Shown piece by piece: positions 27,882-39,047 of a DNA stretch of 64,000 nucleotides (position 1 is the stretch's first letter; each line of letters opens with the position of its first letter). The translations under genes and the position numbers were made by a program. The stretch covers positions 2,240,001 through 2,304,000 of the forward strand of contig CBDCXL010000002.1 of NCBI GenBank assembly GCA_965223795.1, in the 5' to 3' direction. The notes under the pieces were generated by a model, which was given only the letters and a program-made list of their open reading frames with translations, was not told the DNA's origin and ran no database searches. The DNA is from Nitrospinales bacterium (GTDB taxonomy: Bacteria; Nitrospinota; Nitrospinia; Nitrospinales; VA-1).

Positions 27882-28882
27882 CAGGCCTGTGTGCGGTAAC
27901 GGGACTGGTGCGCCTGAAACCACTCCACGGAGGCTCTCAGCGCGTCCTCGACCGGGTTTTGCGGCAGGCCCAACTGTTGGACCGCTTTCGACGCATCGAA
28001 GTACATGAAGTACTTCGCCATCTTCACGCCGCCGAGAGGCACCGCCGGGGGCTTTTTCGTGATGGTGTTGGACACCGCTTCCGAGACCCATCCCGCGGTC
28101 CAGGCGACCCAGTAGGGCATCTTCACGGCCGGGGCTTTCAGGCCGGTGATTGTTTCCAGCATCAGCAGGATTTCCCTGAGCGAGCAATTGCGGTTTCCGA
28201 GGATGTAGCGCTCGCCGGGCACGCCTTTCTGCTCAGCGAGGAGGTGGCCGCGGGCGCAGTCGTGCACGTCGATGAGGTTGAGGCCGGTGTCCAGGTACGC
28301 GGGCATTTTGCGGTGCAGAAAATCCAGCACGATTTTTCCGGTCGGCGTGGGTTTGATGTCGCGCGGGCCGACGGGCGTGCTGGGATTGACGATGACCACG
28401 GGCAGGCCGTTTTGGTGAAATTCTTTCGCCACCTGTTCGGCCTGGTATTTGGATCGCTTGTAATCGTTGCACAGTGTTGCAGGATCGAAAGGCGTGTTCT
28501 CGTTGGCGGGTGTGCGGTCCGGGTTGAGCCCGATGCAGCCCACCGTGCTGGTGTAGATCACTTTGCGGAGCCCGGCTTCGGCGGCGGCCTTTAAGATGTT
28601 GCGGGTGCCCTGCACGTTGATCTCGTAGATCGAGGGCTTATCCTTGACCCACAGGCTGTAATAGGCGGCGGCGTGATAGAGGACGTCGCAGCCTTTCAGA
28701 GCGCGGCGGAGCGAGTCGATGTCGCGCAGATCGCCGGTCACGGGTTCGGCGTCCAGTCCCTCGATGTTGTCGAGCCCGGTTCCCTCGCGCACCAGGACCT
28801 TCACCGCGCGCCCTTCGGCAAGCAGCTCGCGCAGGATGGCGGAGCCCAGAAATCCGGTGGTGCCGGTGACGCAGGTTTTCAT
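27881..28882 (-). CDS. hpnA: Hopanoid-associated sugar epimerase (dihydroflavonol reductase-like)
   Basis: VTGTTGFLG, YKRSK, VNPSTPVGPRDIKPTPTG, MPAYLDTGLN. Confidence 0.85.
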   Translation of the reverse strand: MKTCVTGTTGFLGSAILRELLAEGRAVKVLVREGTGLDNIEGLDAEPVTGDLRDIDSLRRALKGCDVLYHAAAYYSLWVKDKPSIYEINVQGTRNILKAAAEAGLRKVIYTSTVGCIGLNPDRTPANENTPFDPATLCNDYKRSKYQAEQVAKEFHQNGLPVVIVNPSTPVGPRDIKPTPTGKIVLDFLHRKMPAYLDTGLNLIDVHDCARGHLLAEQKGVPGERYILGNRNCSLREILLMLETITGLKAPAVKMPYWVAWTAGWVSEAVSNTITKKPPAVPLGGVKMAKYFMYFDASKAVQQLGLPQNPVEDALRASVEWFQAHQSRYRTQA

Positions 28883-29029
28883 GGCGATCGAAACAAAATG
28901 GACAAAGAGAATAGGATCATGCCGGGCGCGCCGTTTTCATGAATCGAAGAGGGTCTGGATTGCATTGGCGCCGGGCGGAAGCCGCGGCTGGGTTCGGATT
29001 GGATTCCGTGCATCCTGTGAAATGCAGAG

Positions 29030-30082
29030 TCAGATGAAAATCTGGATTTCCGCGGTCTTTTTCAACTCCACAAGCAGGGCGTCCCGCAGTTTTTCCGCTT
29101 CTTTTTTGGAAAGGATGTTGAGGATGTCGGCCTTCACTTCATCGTAAGTCGCTTTCTGGCTGGGGATCTTGTCGGTCAGCTGGATGATGTGATAGCCGAA
29201 CTGGCTGGTGATGACGCCGGAGGTTTCCCCTTTTTTCAGTTTGGTCATGGCTTTGGCGACGGCCGGGATGGTGGTTTCAGGCAGCAGGACGCCCAGGTCG
29301 CCGCCTTTCTCAACGGTGGCCTCGTCTTCGGAAAACTGTTTGACCAGCTTGACGAAATCGCCTCCCGCCTTCACTTTCTTCGCGGCGCGTTCGATTTTTT
29401 TCTTCGCTTCGGCGTTGATGCCGTCCACGATCCGTTTGGCTTTGGCGGCGGCGTCTTTATCGTCGGTCTTGCCCTCGGAGTCGGCCAGTTTCGCCACGAA
29501 AATATGGCGGACATGGTACATCTCCGGCTTGATGAACGAATCCGCATTCTTGTCGTAGAACTCTTTGGCGCGCGATTCCTTGACATCGACCTTGGGGAAA
29601 ATCGCCTTGCGCAAATATTTTTCCGATACCAGCTGTTTTTCGATTTTTTCCCGCAGCATGCCGCGGGTCAGTTTCTGCATGGCCAGGGCCCGTTCAAAAA
29701 AAGGCACGCTGGGAAACTGGTCCTCGATCTTTTTGAGTTCTTTGAGAACGATCTCGGAGGGAACCTGTACGTCCATTTTGCGGGCCTTCTGATAAATCAA
29801 TTCCTTCTCGATTTCCTTGTTGAGGATTTTGCGCGCGATCCCCATCTCCGAATCGGCTGAGACCTTCTTTCCCTGCCTGGCGGACACCATTTTGTAGGCC
29901 ATCATTTCCCGCTCCAGCACGTTGACCTTGACTTCGATGCCGTTCACCGACGCCACCACCTCCGGCACGGTTTTTCCGTCGAGAGTGAACGCCTTGTCAT
30001 CGGCGGCGGCCGAGGAAGCGAGAATTGCGAGAAAAACGAATTGAACGGTTGCTGCGAGAAACCACTTACGGCTTGTATCCAT
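29030..30082 (-). CDS. Periplasmic parvulin-type peptidyl-prolyl isomerase (SurA/PrsA-like)
   Basis: Signal peptide, VASVNG, HVRHI, FSED...GGDLG, SQFGYHII. ATG at 30082. Confidence 0.9.
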   Translation of the reverse strand: MDTSRKWFLAATVQFVFLAILASSAAADDKAFTLDGKTVPEVVASVNGIEVKVNVLEREMMAYKMVSARQGKKVSADSEMGIARKILNKEIEKELIYQKARKMDVQVPSEIVLKELKKIEDQFPSVPFFERALAMQKLTRGMLREKIEKQLVSEKYLRKAIFPKVDVKESRAKEFYDKNADSFIKPEMYHVRHIFVAKLADSEGKTDDKDAAAKAKRIVDGINAEAKKKIERAAKKVKAGGDFVKLVKQFSEDEATVEKGGDLGVLLPETTIPAVAKAMTKLKKGETSGVITSQFGYHIIQLTDKIPSQKATYDEVKADILNILSKKEAEKLRDALLVELKKTAEIQIFI

Positions 30083-30124
30083 GAGTCTCTTTGCTTTTGT
30101 ATTGGAGGATGCGTATGTCCACAA

Positions 30125-30252
30125 GGGATCTTTGCAGAAGTTGTTTTCCCTGTCATGCTGAGCCTGTCGAAGCATCGTTCAGCACCCTTCGACAAGCTCA
30201 GGGTGACAACAGCTCTCAGTTTTTTGAATCGGCCAATTTCTGCAAAGAGTTT
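30125..30252. repeat. 128-bp nested palindromic (REP/MITE-like) element, copy 2
   Basis: Outer inverted repeat TCTTTGCAGAA/TTCTGCAAAGA. Core 30151-30208 matches copy 1 except in the loop. Confidence 0.85.
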
Positions 30253-30396
30253 CCGCTGTGCTGTCACGGTTTTCTAATTCAATTATAAGGATATCCAAAT
30301 GCGGCCACAATTAAAATCAGAGAATATCACACGAAGAGAAGGGTGGGGGGATGCGGGGAGGGAACAGGGGGTACGGTGCGGATCGGGTTTGCGGAC

Positions 30397-30434
30397 AAAA
30401 AAAATCCCCCGGAAGCTCGGGGCTTCCGGGGGAT
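30397..30434 (-). terminator. Rho-independent terminator of the porin gene
   Basis: Stem ATCCCCCGGAAGC/GCTTCCGGGGGAT followed by a U8 tract on the minus strand. Confidence 0.9.
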
Positions 30435-30447
30435 GGATCGATGTGAC

Positions 30448-31848
30448 TTAGAACTTCACGTCAAACTGGAGGTAGGCCCAGCTTGCGTTGTCCGGCCCTG
30501 CCGTGTTGACGAGGCTGAACAGGGACTCTTTCCAGAAGTTGGAGAACCCGGCGCTGATCGTGGTGTTGGCGTTGTACTTGTGCACCAGAGTCAGATCGAG
30601 TTCGTGGCCGAGAGCGGAGCTGTCGAAACGCGTGGCCGCGGAACCGGTCAGGTTCGGCGCTGCGTTCGGGCCTTCGGCCGTGGTGAAGTAATGCCAGTCT
30701 GCCTTGAATACCCAGTTGCTCCGGGGCTGAATGGAGGTCTTGATCGCGTAATCCACCAGGCCCAGGAAGTTGGTTGCGGCACCGTTGTTGTTCAGGAACA
30801 GGTCCATGAAGCCATAGAATTTATGGCCGGTGTCGAACAGGGTGTTGAAGGTGCTGAAATCGCCGTCCCGGATATCGTCTTCCGAGGTTCCGGAGAGGTA
30901 GTCGTACCAGAGGGTGACGCTCGGTTTCCACATCACGTTGGTGAACTTCTTGCCGACGCGAACGCCGAACATGTAGGCTTCACGATCGATGTCGGAGCCC
31001 GGTCCGGTGACGACGCCGTTCGCGCCGTAAGCACCGATGGAGGCCGCGATCGATTCCGCGCCGCCGAACTGGTAGTAGAACTCGCCGCGATAGTCGATGC
31101 CGAACAGCTGGCCTGCCTGACGCGCGCCGATGGTGTAGCTGTTGTTGTCCGAAGGACCGGCAGAGGGGCCGTTGGTTCCGGTCAATCCTGCTTCGTCATC
31201 AACCGCGACGAAGTAGAGAGACAGACCGCCGCCGAGGATACCCTGCAGGTTGGCCCACAGCAGGTAAACATCGACATCGTCCGGATCTGCCAGAGAGCCC
31301 TGACCACCGTCGTTGCCGCGGATGTAAACGGCCGCGAGGGTGTGGTTGCCGGCACTGTGGGTCAGGCGTACGGCGTCATGCGTCTGTGCGCCTTCCGTCC
31401 AGCCGGTGTTGCCGAACAGGCGGTGACCGTCGAGCACCACTTCCTGGCGTCCCAGTTTCAGGTCGGCGGGAAGGCCGAACAGATTCTTGTGGGTGAAATA
31501 CGCCTGGTGGATACCAACGGATGCGTCCGCGTCGTTGGCGGTGAAGGAAGCGTTGCCCGCACCCTGTTCCGCGCCGGCGCCGCCGATGTTGTTACCCCAG
31601 ACACGCGTGCTCTGCAACTGAATGAACGCGCTGGTGTCGGGCAGGATGTCCGCTTTCGCATGCAGACGGACGCGGGAGCTGATGAAGAAGTCCGCGGACG
31701 TGGAGTCGTTGAAATCACTTTGTTCGTTGATTTCGAAGCGAGGCCGGATCTGTCCGCCAAAATCGACGCTCGCTGCTTCCGCAATCGTGGTCCCGACAAA
31801 AAGCGCCGCGACCATTCCTGCTACTGCAGTCAATAAATTCTTTTTCAT
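30448..31848 (-). CDS. Alginate-export family outer-membrane beta-barrel porin
   Basis: Signal peptide, GQIRPRFE, GRQE..D.HRLFG, T.HKFYG.MD, C-terminal Phe. GAGGAG RBS before ATG 31848. Confidence 0.88.
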   Translation of the reverse strand: MKKNLLTAVAGMVAALFVGTTIAEAASVDFGGQIRPRFEINEQSDFNDSTSADFFISSRVRLHAKADILPDTSAFIQLQSTRVWGNNIGGAGAEQGAGNASFTANDADASVGIHQAYFTHKNLFGLPADLKLGRQEVVLDGHRLFGNTGWTEGAQTHDAVRLTHSAGNHTLAAVYIRGNDGGQGSLADPDDVDVYLLWANLQGILGGGLSLYFVAVDDEAGLTGTNGPSAGPSDNNSYTIGARQAGQLFGIDYRGEFYYQFGGAESIAASIGAYGANGVVTGPGSDIDREAYMFGVRVGKKFTNVMWKPSVTLWYDYLSGTSEDDIRDGDFSTFNTLFDTGHKFYGFMDLFLNNNGAATNFLGLVDYAIKTSIQPRSNWVFKADWHYFTTAEGPNAAPNLTGSAATRFDSSALGHELDLTLVHKYNANTTISAGFSNFWKESLFSLVNTAGPDNASWAYLQFDVKF

Positions 31849-32135
31849 ACCTGTCTCCTCCAAGAATATGGTTCTACTTGTAAAACAATAAAAACGTTGA
31901 AAAAAACGTTTGTTATTCCGTTCCTTTTTTGTAGAAACCAAGCAGATAGAGGTAGCAATTTACATTGAAAGTATAAACCGCAACCTAGTTTAAATCAAGC
32001 ACTTTATGGGGAATTCCGTGAGCCGCTAGTCCGTCGAATCACCTCCTGTTCCTGTGTATTTTTTTGTTTTTGTAAAAAAAGATTCCGGTACTTTTTAAAG
32101 CGAATATGCGAACTTGCTTCGCTGCCCAAAGGGCT

Positions 32136-33983
32136 TCATCGACTTTTCAAATCGTAGGTGAAAATGGTGCTCCGGTGTTTGCCAAACACCCCTTCCTTCA
32201 CGACGGTTGCCACATGAACTTTCTTGTCCGGAGTTCCCCGCATGTTCATCACTTGGTAGGCTGCGAGGTATCCCTTTTGTTTTTTGGTCTCGAAAGCTTT
32301 TTCAAGACCTTCCGCCGTGACCTGCAAAACCACGATGCTGCTGTTCTCGATTACGACAGCTCTAGCGAGCCATTCCCCGCCCAATCGATGATTTTTCGGC
32401 AAGAGAAGGTACTGTTTTTCTCCCGCCTGGACGAACTCCAATCTTCCTTTAAATTGAACGGGTTCGCCCTGTGTTACGACCCCTGCGACGTCTTCGGTCA
32501 CACCCACGTCGATCTGCCTGGGATCATGGCCGTAATAATCATTTGATTTTACTAGCAATCGGCCGCTTGCAGAATATACCCGCAAATGGTAGTCAGTGTC
32601 AAGGAGAATTGTGTCCGTATGGCCGTCCCCGGTCACATCGGTTTGCGTCAGTCCGTAAAGGATGAACTCGGTGCCGCGGATGTCGGGAACGGCGAGTTCC
32701 CGGCCTTCCTGGTAGGCATTGTTTTTAAACTCGATCCATCTTATCGGCCCATGAAAAGGATCGCGGAAACCCGGGCTCTGCGCCATGAGCCGCGGGCCGG
32801 AATCCGGGGGCCGGATGATGCGGAAATAAAAATTGACGTCCTTCCAGATTTTTTTCGGTTTTTTGCTGCCGGGAATGAATTCAAGCACAAAGGACTCGAG
32901 CCTACTGTCCATCTGGTTTGTGACGAAGATCTCATCCCTGCCGTTGCCGTTGATGTCCCCAACGTCCACCGTGAGAAACCAGTTGATGCCCTCGCGGGTT
33001 TTTATCTGGCCGATGCGCTTCAACGCGTTGTTTCTATATTGAAAGAGCAGTATCCGGTGGCGGTCGATGACGATCACTTCCTCTTCACCGTCGCCGTTGA
33101 CGTCGCCGACGTCCAGATCGACGACTTCGAATGGCAATTCATGCCGCCCGGCATAGGTGAGCATTCCTTCCGATGACGCAAAATCGGATTGCACGTCCTG
33201 TTCCCGCGGTTGTTTTTCAGCGACCTGGGGGGCGCTCTTCGGCAGCGGGCCGGTGAGCACGCGGCCGCGCTTCTGCAGCGTTCCGTCCTTTGCGGATACC
33301 AGCCGGTAGCTGAGCGCCGATTTCCCTTTCACCGAACGGATTCGGGGAAGCAGGATGAAGTCGGCCTTCACTTTGGAACGCAGGCGCTGCAGTCCGTCCT
33401 TCTTCACAAGCGACTCCGCGCCGATGCCGTTTTCCAGCATCCACAATTCCAGATCGAAGGCGGGCACTTCAAAGCGGGGATGCTTTTTAAAACGCTGTTC
33501 CAGGTTCCATTTCAACCGGTCTGCGCTTTGTTTTTTTTCCGCTTCGGCCTGCGGCGGGGCGATGAGCAGAACGATTTTCCGGAAGCGGCCGCGCACGCCG
33601 TCGCCCGGCCGCACGGCGCCTTTCAACTCGACAGCGCGCGCCAGCGAAAAATCCTTGCGCACATCGATGATCTCGGCGGCGCCGAGATCGGTTTCCTTAC
33701 GGCCGACTTTTTTTTTCGTGACCGGATGGACGATGTCATCTCCAAAACGGAGCAGATTCAATTTGTCGCCGACCTGGATGGGATCTCCCTGTTTGAGATC
33801 CAGGGTGAGGGTCTTGTTCTCGACCGAAATGACATACCCTTCCACTTCAGGAACCAGGTCGTCGATCTGGGCGACGATTTTATCCAGGCTGGATACGGAG
33901 CCGCCCTGCTGGGCAGAGGCGGCTGCACCGGTGAAGAGAACAAGGAAAAACGGGATGAGCAACTTCGGTCGCAATGTCACCAA
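32136..33983 (-). CDS. Secreted FG-GAP/VCBS-repeat protein
   Basis: Signal peptide. Repeats DVGDVNGDGEEE, DVGDINGNGRDE, DVTGDGHTD. Confidence 0.75.
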   Translation of the reverse strand: MVTLRPKLLIPFFLVLFTGAAASAQQGGSVSSLDKIVAQIDDLVPEVEGYVISVENKTLTLDLKQGDPIQVGDKLNLLRFGDDIVHPVTKKKVGRKETDLGAAEIIDVRKDFSLARAVELKGAVRPGDGVRGRFRKIVLLIAPPQAEAEKKQSADRLKWNLEQRFKKHPRFEVPAFDLELWMLENGIGAESLVKKDGLQRLRSKVKADFILLPRIRSVKGKSALSYRLVSAKDGTLQKRGRVLTGPLPKSAPQVAEKQPREQDVQSDFASSEGMLTYAGRHELPFEVVDLDVGDVNGDGEEEVIVIDRHRILLFQYRNNALKRIGQIKTREGINWFLTVDVGDINGNGRDEIFVTNQMDSRLESFVLEFIPGSKKPKKIWKDVNFYFRIIRPPDSGPRLMAQSPGFRDPFHGPIRWIEFKNNAYQEGRELAVPDIRGTEFILYGLTQTDVTGDGHTDTILLDTDYHLRVYSASGRLLVKSNDYYGHDPRQIDVGVTEDVAGVVTQGEPVQFKGRLEFVQAGEKQYLLLPKNHRLGGEWLARAVVIENSSIVVLQVTAEGLEKAFETKKQKGYLAAYQVMNMRGTPDKKVHVATVVKEGVFGKHRSTIFTYDLKSR

Positions 33984-33994
33984 AGGCGGGTTTC

Positions 33995-35207
33995 CTATCT
34001 TAGCAGTTGGACGGTCACGGTCGTTCCTTCTTCAAGGGTATCGGCTTCGAGCGGAAAAACCAAAAGTCCGTTGGCGTGCACGGTGGATTTCAGAATGCCG
34101 GAGCCCTGTTCCGCGGCGGGCGTGACGTGGTAGCCGTTTTCATCCCAGGAAACGATCGAACTTAAAAAATGCAGCCGTCCCGATTTTTTGTGAATCGTGC
34201 GCTTCAGCCGGGCGCGCACCGTTTGCGGAAACAAATCGGAGCAGCCGAGCATTTTGCGGATGGAAGGCCGCACGAACTGTTCGAACGAAACAAATGAAGA
34301 CACCGGGTTTCCCGGCAGCCCGAAAATGGGCGTTTCGCCGATGCGGCCGAACGCGAGCGGCTTGCCGGGCTTCATCGCCACTTTCCAGAACAGCATTTCC
34401 TGTCCCAGTTTTTTCAGGCTCGCTTTGACGAGATCGTAATCGCCGACGGACACGCCGCCGGAGGAGACGACGCAGTCGCATTCGAGCGCCCAGTTGAATT
34501 TTTCCAGAAGATCCGCTTCGGTGTCCTTGGCGATGCCCAGGTATACGGGCAGGCCGCCGGCGGAACGGATCTGCGCGGACAGCATGTGGCCGTTGCTGTT
34601 GTAGATGCAGGGGCCGGTCGCGGTTTCGTCGAGTTCGAGAATTTCATCGCCGGTGGACAGGATCGCGATGCGCGGCCGCTGGCTGACGTAAATCTGGGAA
34701 CGGCCGACCACCGCCATCATGCCTATTTGGGCGGGTGTGATTTCGACGCCCTTCGGCACCACCGTCTCGCCTTCGCGCACGTCCTCTCCCGCTTCGCGGA
34801 TGTTCTCGCCCACTTCGGCCTTGTCTTTCACCAGCACCGAATCGCCGTTGCGCTCGGTGTCCTCCTGCATGATGACCGCGTCGGCGCCTTCGGGAATCGG
34901 AGCGCCGGTCATGATGCGGAACGCCTGCCCCGGTTTCAGGGTGACGTGGCTCTGGTGGCCGGCGGCGACCTCCTCGGCGACGGTCAGGCGCACCGGGTTT
35001 TCCGGTGAAGCGGTTGGCGATGTCTTTGGCGAGGAGCGCATAGCCGTCCATGGCCGAGTTGTCGAGCGGCGGGTTGTTGCGCCGGGCCACGATGTCTTCC
35101 GCCAGCACCCGGCCCAGCGCCTCCTCGACGGGAATTTTTTCGACACCCTTGGGTTTTATCTTCGCGAGGATGGTTTTGCGCGCTTCCTCGACGGTGATCA
35201 TGCTCAT
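33995..35207 (-). CDS. moeA: Molybdopterin molybdenumtransferase MoeA, interrupted by an apparent 1-nt insertion near 35012
   Basis: N-terminal ALGRVLA and DNSAMDGYA in one frame. RIMTGA, STGDE, SGGVSVG, MKPGKP and GLPGNP in another. Confidence 0.9.
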
Positions 35208-36328
35208 GGTGCTTCGCTTTCTTTCTCCCGCTTGGCGCGGGCGACTTCATACTCTTCGGGAGTATTGATGTTCATGAAATTGGAGCGGTCGGCTTCAGCG
35301 ATCTTAACATGTTTGAAGGGCAGGTCGCTGATGATGCGCGTCAGCGACAACTCCCTGCGGGACATGGCTTCATATAAAGGAAGGATGAACTTGGGTTCAT
35401 AAATGGCGCACATCGGTTCGAAGCCGATGCGTCCCTTTTGCAGATAACAGGTGCCGAAGCGCAACGGGTCCCGCTCGGCGATGATGGTCTCGAAATTTTT
35501 TTCCTGAATGAAAGGCATGTCGCAGGCGGTGATCATCCACGCCTTGTCGGGGTGGCGCGCCATGAGCGTGGCCAGTCCGCCCACCGGCCCGAGACCGATG
35601 TGGTTGTCGTTGATCCGTTCGATGCCGGGCAGTTCGGCCAGGGGTCCCATGTCCAGGTCGGAACGCGATGAAAGGTACACGTTTTCGCAGAACCTTCGCA
35701 GCACCTTGACGAGGCGTTCGGTTTCCGAAACGCCGTTGTAGGACAGGGAGAACTTGGGTTTGCCCATGCGTTTGCTCTGTCCGCCGACGAACACGGCGCC
35801 GTACAGGGTGCTGGCCTGGCTTTTGAAATGCCCGCGGACGAATTGATAGATTGCGTCCAGCTCGTCGCGGTGAAAACGGGGTACGGAAAGGCCGGTTTCC
35901 TCCACCGTGCCCTGATGCACGATGGCCTTGATCCCCGGCGTGTCCGTGGGGATGGGCATTTTGCCGTCCGCATCCACAAACACCACCTTGTCGAACGGCG
36001 ACTGCTTGTAGCCTTCGATGAGGATGCAGTCGCACTGTTCGAGGGCGTGGGTGATGGTGCGTTTTTTGAAAGTGTTGTCGCCGACGATGGCGAAGTGGCT
36101 GGGATCGTTGATGGTGATGATGCCCGCACCGGCTTTTTGCGCCCGTTGCGTGTCTTTGCCTTCCTTGTCCATGGTGAAGCGGTGGGCGTCGTGCTTGTAG
36201 TACCCCACGCGAAAGCGTTCCTCGCTGAAACGCCCGATCAGCCGTTCCATCAGGGTGGTTTTGCCCACACCGGAGAAGCCGGCAAAGCACAGGAAGGGGG
36301 TCTTGAATTGTTCCCAGTATCGGTCCAT
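35204..36328 (-). CDS. mobB: MobB-MobA fusion (molybdopterin-guanine dinucleotide biosynthesis)
   Basis: N-terminal MobB motifs GFSGVGKTT, KHDAH, IEGYK. C-terminal MobA motifs GGQSKRMG, GPVGG, ACDMP, NINTPEE. Confidence 0.9.
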   Translation of the reverse strand: MDRYWEQFKTPFLCFAGFSGVGKTTLMERLIGRFSEERFRVGYYKHDAHRFTMDKEGKDTQRAQKAGAGIITINDPSHFAIVGDNTFKKRTITHALEQCDCILIEGYKQSPFDKVVFVDADGKMPIPTDTPGIKAIVHQGTVEETGLSVPRFHRDELDAIYQFVRGHFKSQASTLYGAVFVGGQSKRMGKPKFSLSYNGVSETERLVKVLRRFCENVYLSSRSDLDMGPLAELPGIERINDNHIGLGPVGGLATLMARHPDKAWMITACDMPFIQEKNFETIIAERDPLRFGTCYLQKGRIGFEPMCAIYEPKFILPLYEAMSRRELSLTRIISDLPFKHVKIAEADRSNFMNINTPEEYEVARAKREKESEAP

Positions 36329-36431
36329 GCGGCGATAAGGTTGCCAGTCACGCTCCGCCCGGCGGTGCGATGAGCGTTTTGGGCTGGAAGATCAAAGCCT
36401 TGTAAATGTTTAAAAAATGGTGGCTTAGGTT

Positions 36432-36460
36432 ATTATTGATGATCTTTTGAGCACTGTCAA
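36432..36460 (-). promoter_or_regulatory. Sigma70-type promoter for mobBA-moeA
   Basis: TTGACA-N17-AATAAT on the minus strand. Confidence 0.55.
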
Positions 36461-36597
36461 CCCTCTTGTTCCGGCTGTTGCATGCAGGTTTATGCAATAG
36501 CCCGTGCAACGGTGAGCAGGCCGCGGCGATGTGGCTGTTTTTCCGGTTTCATCAATAAACTCATTGGTTTACAGGGCCTGGTGGCGGATCCGGATTC

Positions 36598-36612
36598 TGG
36601 TACGAAACTTGT
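36598..36612 (+). promoter_or_regulatory. Sigma54-like promoter of nirK
   Basis: TGGTACG-AAAC-TTGT (GG-N10-GT), about 55 bp upstream of the start codon. Confidence 0.6.
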
Positions 36613-36666
36613 AATACTATTATCAATAGCGTACGAGTGACAACCCGCTCTTAAAGGAGATCTTTG

Positions 36667-37665
36667 ATGACACGAAATGGAATTGGTAAATGGATGGGCC
36701 TGGCAACCGCGGCGCTGGTGTTTTCTGCGGCAGCTCAGCTCAATGCAGCGGAAAATGCGGTGTTGACGACGGCGCCGAAGGTGCCGGACCCGATCAAGCG
36801 AACCTCTCCCGCCAAAGTGGTGGTTAAATTTGAAGCCAAGGAATACGTGGGTGAACTGGCGGATGGCAAACAATACAAGTTCTGGAGTTTCAACGGCACG
36901 GTGCCCGGCCCGATGGTGCGGGTGCGGCAGGGCGACACGGTGGAGTTTCACCTGTCCAATCACAAGGACAGCCAGTTTCCGCACAACATCGACATCCATG
37001 CGGTCAACGGACCGGGCGGCGGCGCGGAAGTGAACCTGGTGGCACCGGGCGAGACGCGGGTGTTCGAGTTCAAGGCGCTCAATCCGGGGCTCTACATCTA
37101 CCACTGCGCCTCACCCGCGCCCAACATCCCCGCGCACATCGCCAACGGCATGTACGGGCTGATGCTGGTGGAGCCGGAAAAGGGCATGGCCAAGGTGGAC
37201 AAGGAGTTTTACGTGTTCGAAAGCGAATTTTTCACGCAGCCGTCGGATAAAAAAGACGTGCTGGAGCTTTCGATGGAAAAGGGATTGAACGAGCACCCCG
37301 ACTACGTGTTGTTCAACGGCAAAGAAGGGGCGCTGATGGGCGACAACGTGCTCAAAGCCGATGTCGGCGACACGGTGCGTATCTACTTCGGCAACATCGG
37401 CCCCAACGGCATCTCTTCGTTTCACATCATCGGCGAGATCTTCGACCGGGTGCACGAAGAAGGGTCTTTAGAAGGCACGGTGAACCGCAACGTGCAGACC
37501 ACGCTGGTTCCCTCTGCGGGATCGACCATCGTCGAGTTCACCATCGACGTGCCGGGGAATTACATCCTGGTGGACCACAGCATCTTCCGTGTGGCCAAAG
37601 GCGCGATCGGCATCCTTGCCGCCGAGGGCAAGGAAAACCCGAAGGTGTTCCGGTCGGTCAAGTGA
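36667..37665 (+). CDS. nirK: Copper-containing nitrite reductase
   Basis: Signal peptide. Cu ligand motifs HNIDIH, YHC...HIANGM, SSFHIIG, LVDH. AGGAG RBS before ATG 36667. Confidence 0.95.
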   Translation: MTRNGIGKWMGLATAALVFSAAAQLNAAENAVLTTAPKVPDPIKRTSPAKVVVKFEAKEYVGELADGKQYKFWSFNGTVPGPMVRVRQGDTVEFHLSNHKDSQFPHNIDIHAVNGPGGGAEVNLVAPGETRVFEFKALNPGLYIYHCASPAPNIPAHIANGMYGLMLVEPEKGMAKVDKEFYVFESEFFTQPSDKKDVLELSMEKGLNEHPDYVLFNGKEGALMGDNVLKADVGDTVRIYFGNIGPNGISSFHIIGEIFDRVHEEGSLEGTVNRNVQTTLVPSAGSTIVEFTIDVPGNYILVDHSIFRVAKGAIGILAAEGKENPKVFRSVK

Positions 37666-37687
37666 CCGGATGCGTTTGCTAACGCTG

Positions 37688-37728
37688 AAAAAGGAGCGCG
37701 GCTGTTTCTATGGAGATGGCCGCGCTTC
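37688..37728 (-). terminator. Hairpin terminator between the convergent nirK and regulator genes
   Basis: Stem GAGCGCGGCTGTTTC/GAGATGGCCGCGCTT with an A5 tract on the left. Confidence 0.6.
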
Positions 37729-37730
37729 GC

Positions 37731-39047
<1,317 letters not shown>

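Noticed and set aside
21238..30208. Repeated palindromes as CRISPR repeats or composite-transposon ends
   Set aside because: Only two copies about 9 kb apart, no spacers, no cas or transposase gene. The enclosed genes are ordinary chromosomal genes.
30343..31836. 497-aa antisense ORF over the porin, and similar long antisense ORFs (e.g. 49184-50734, 18618-20111, 44118-45425, 59044-60450)
   Set aside because: Shadow ORFs expected from high GC3 codon bias. No recognisable motifs.
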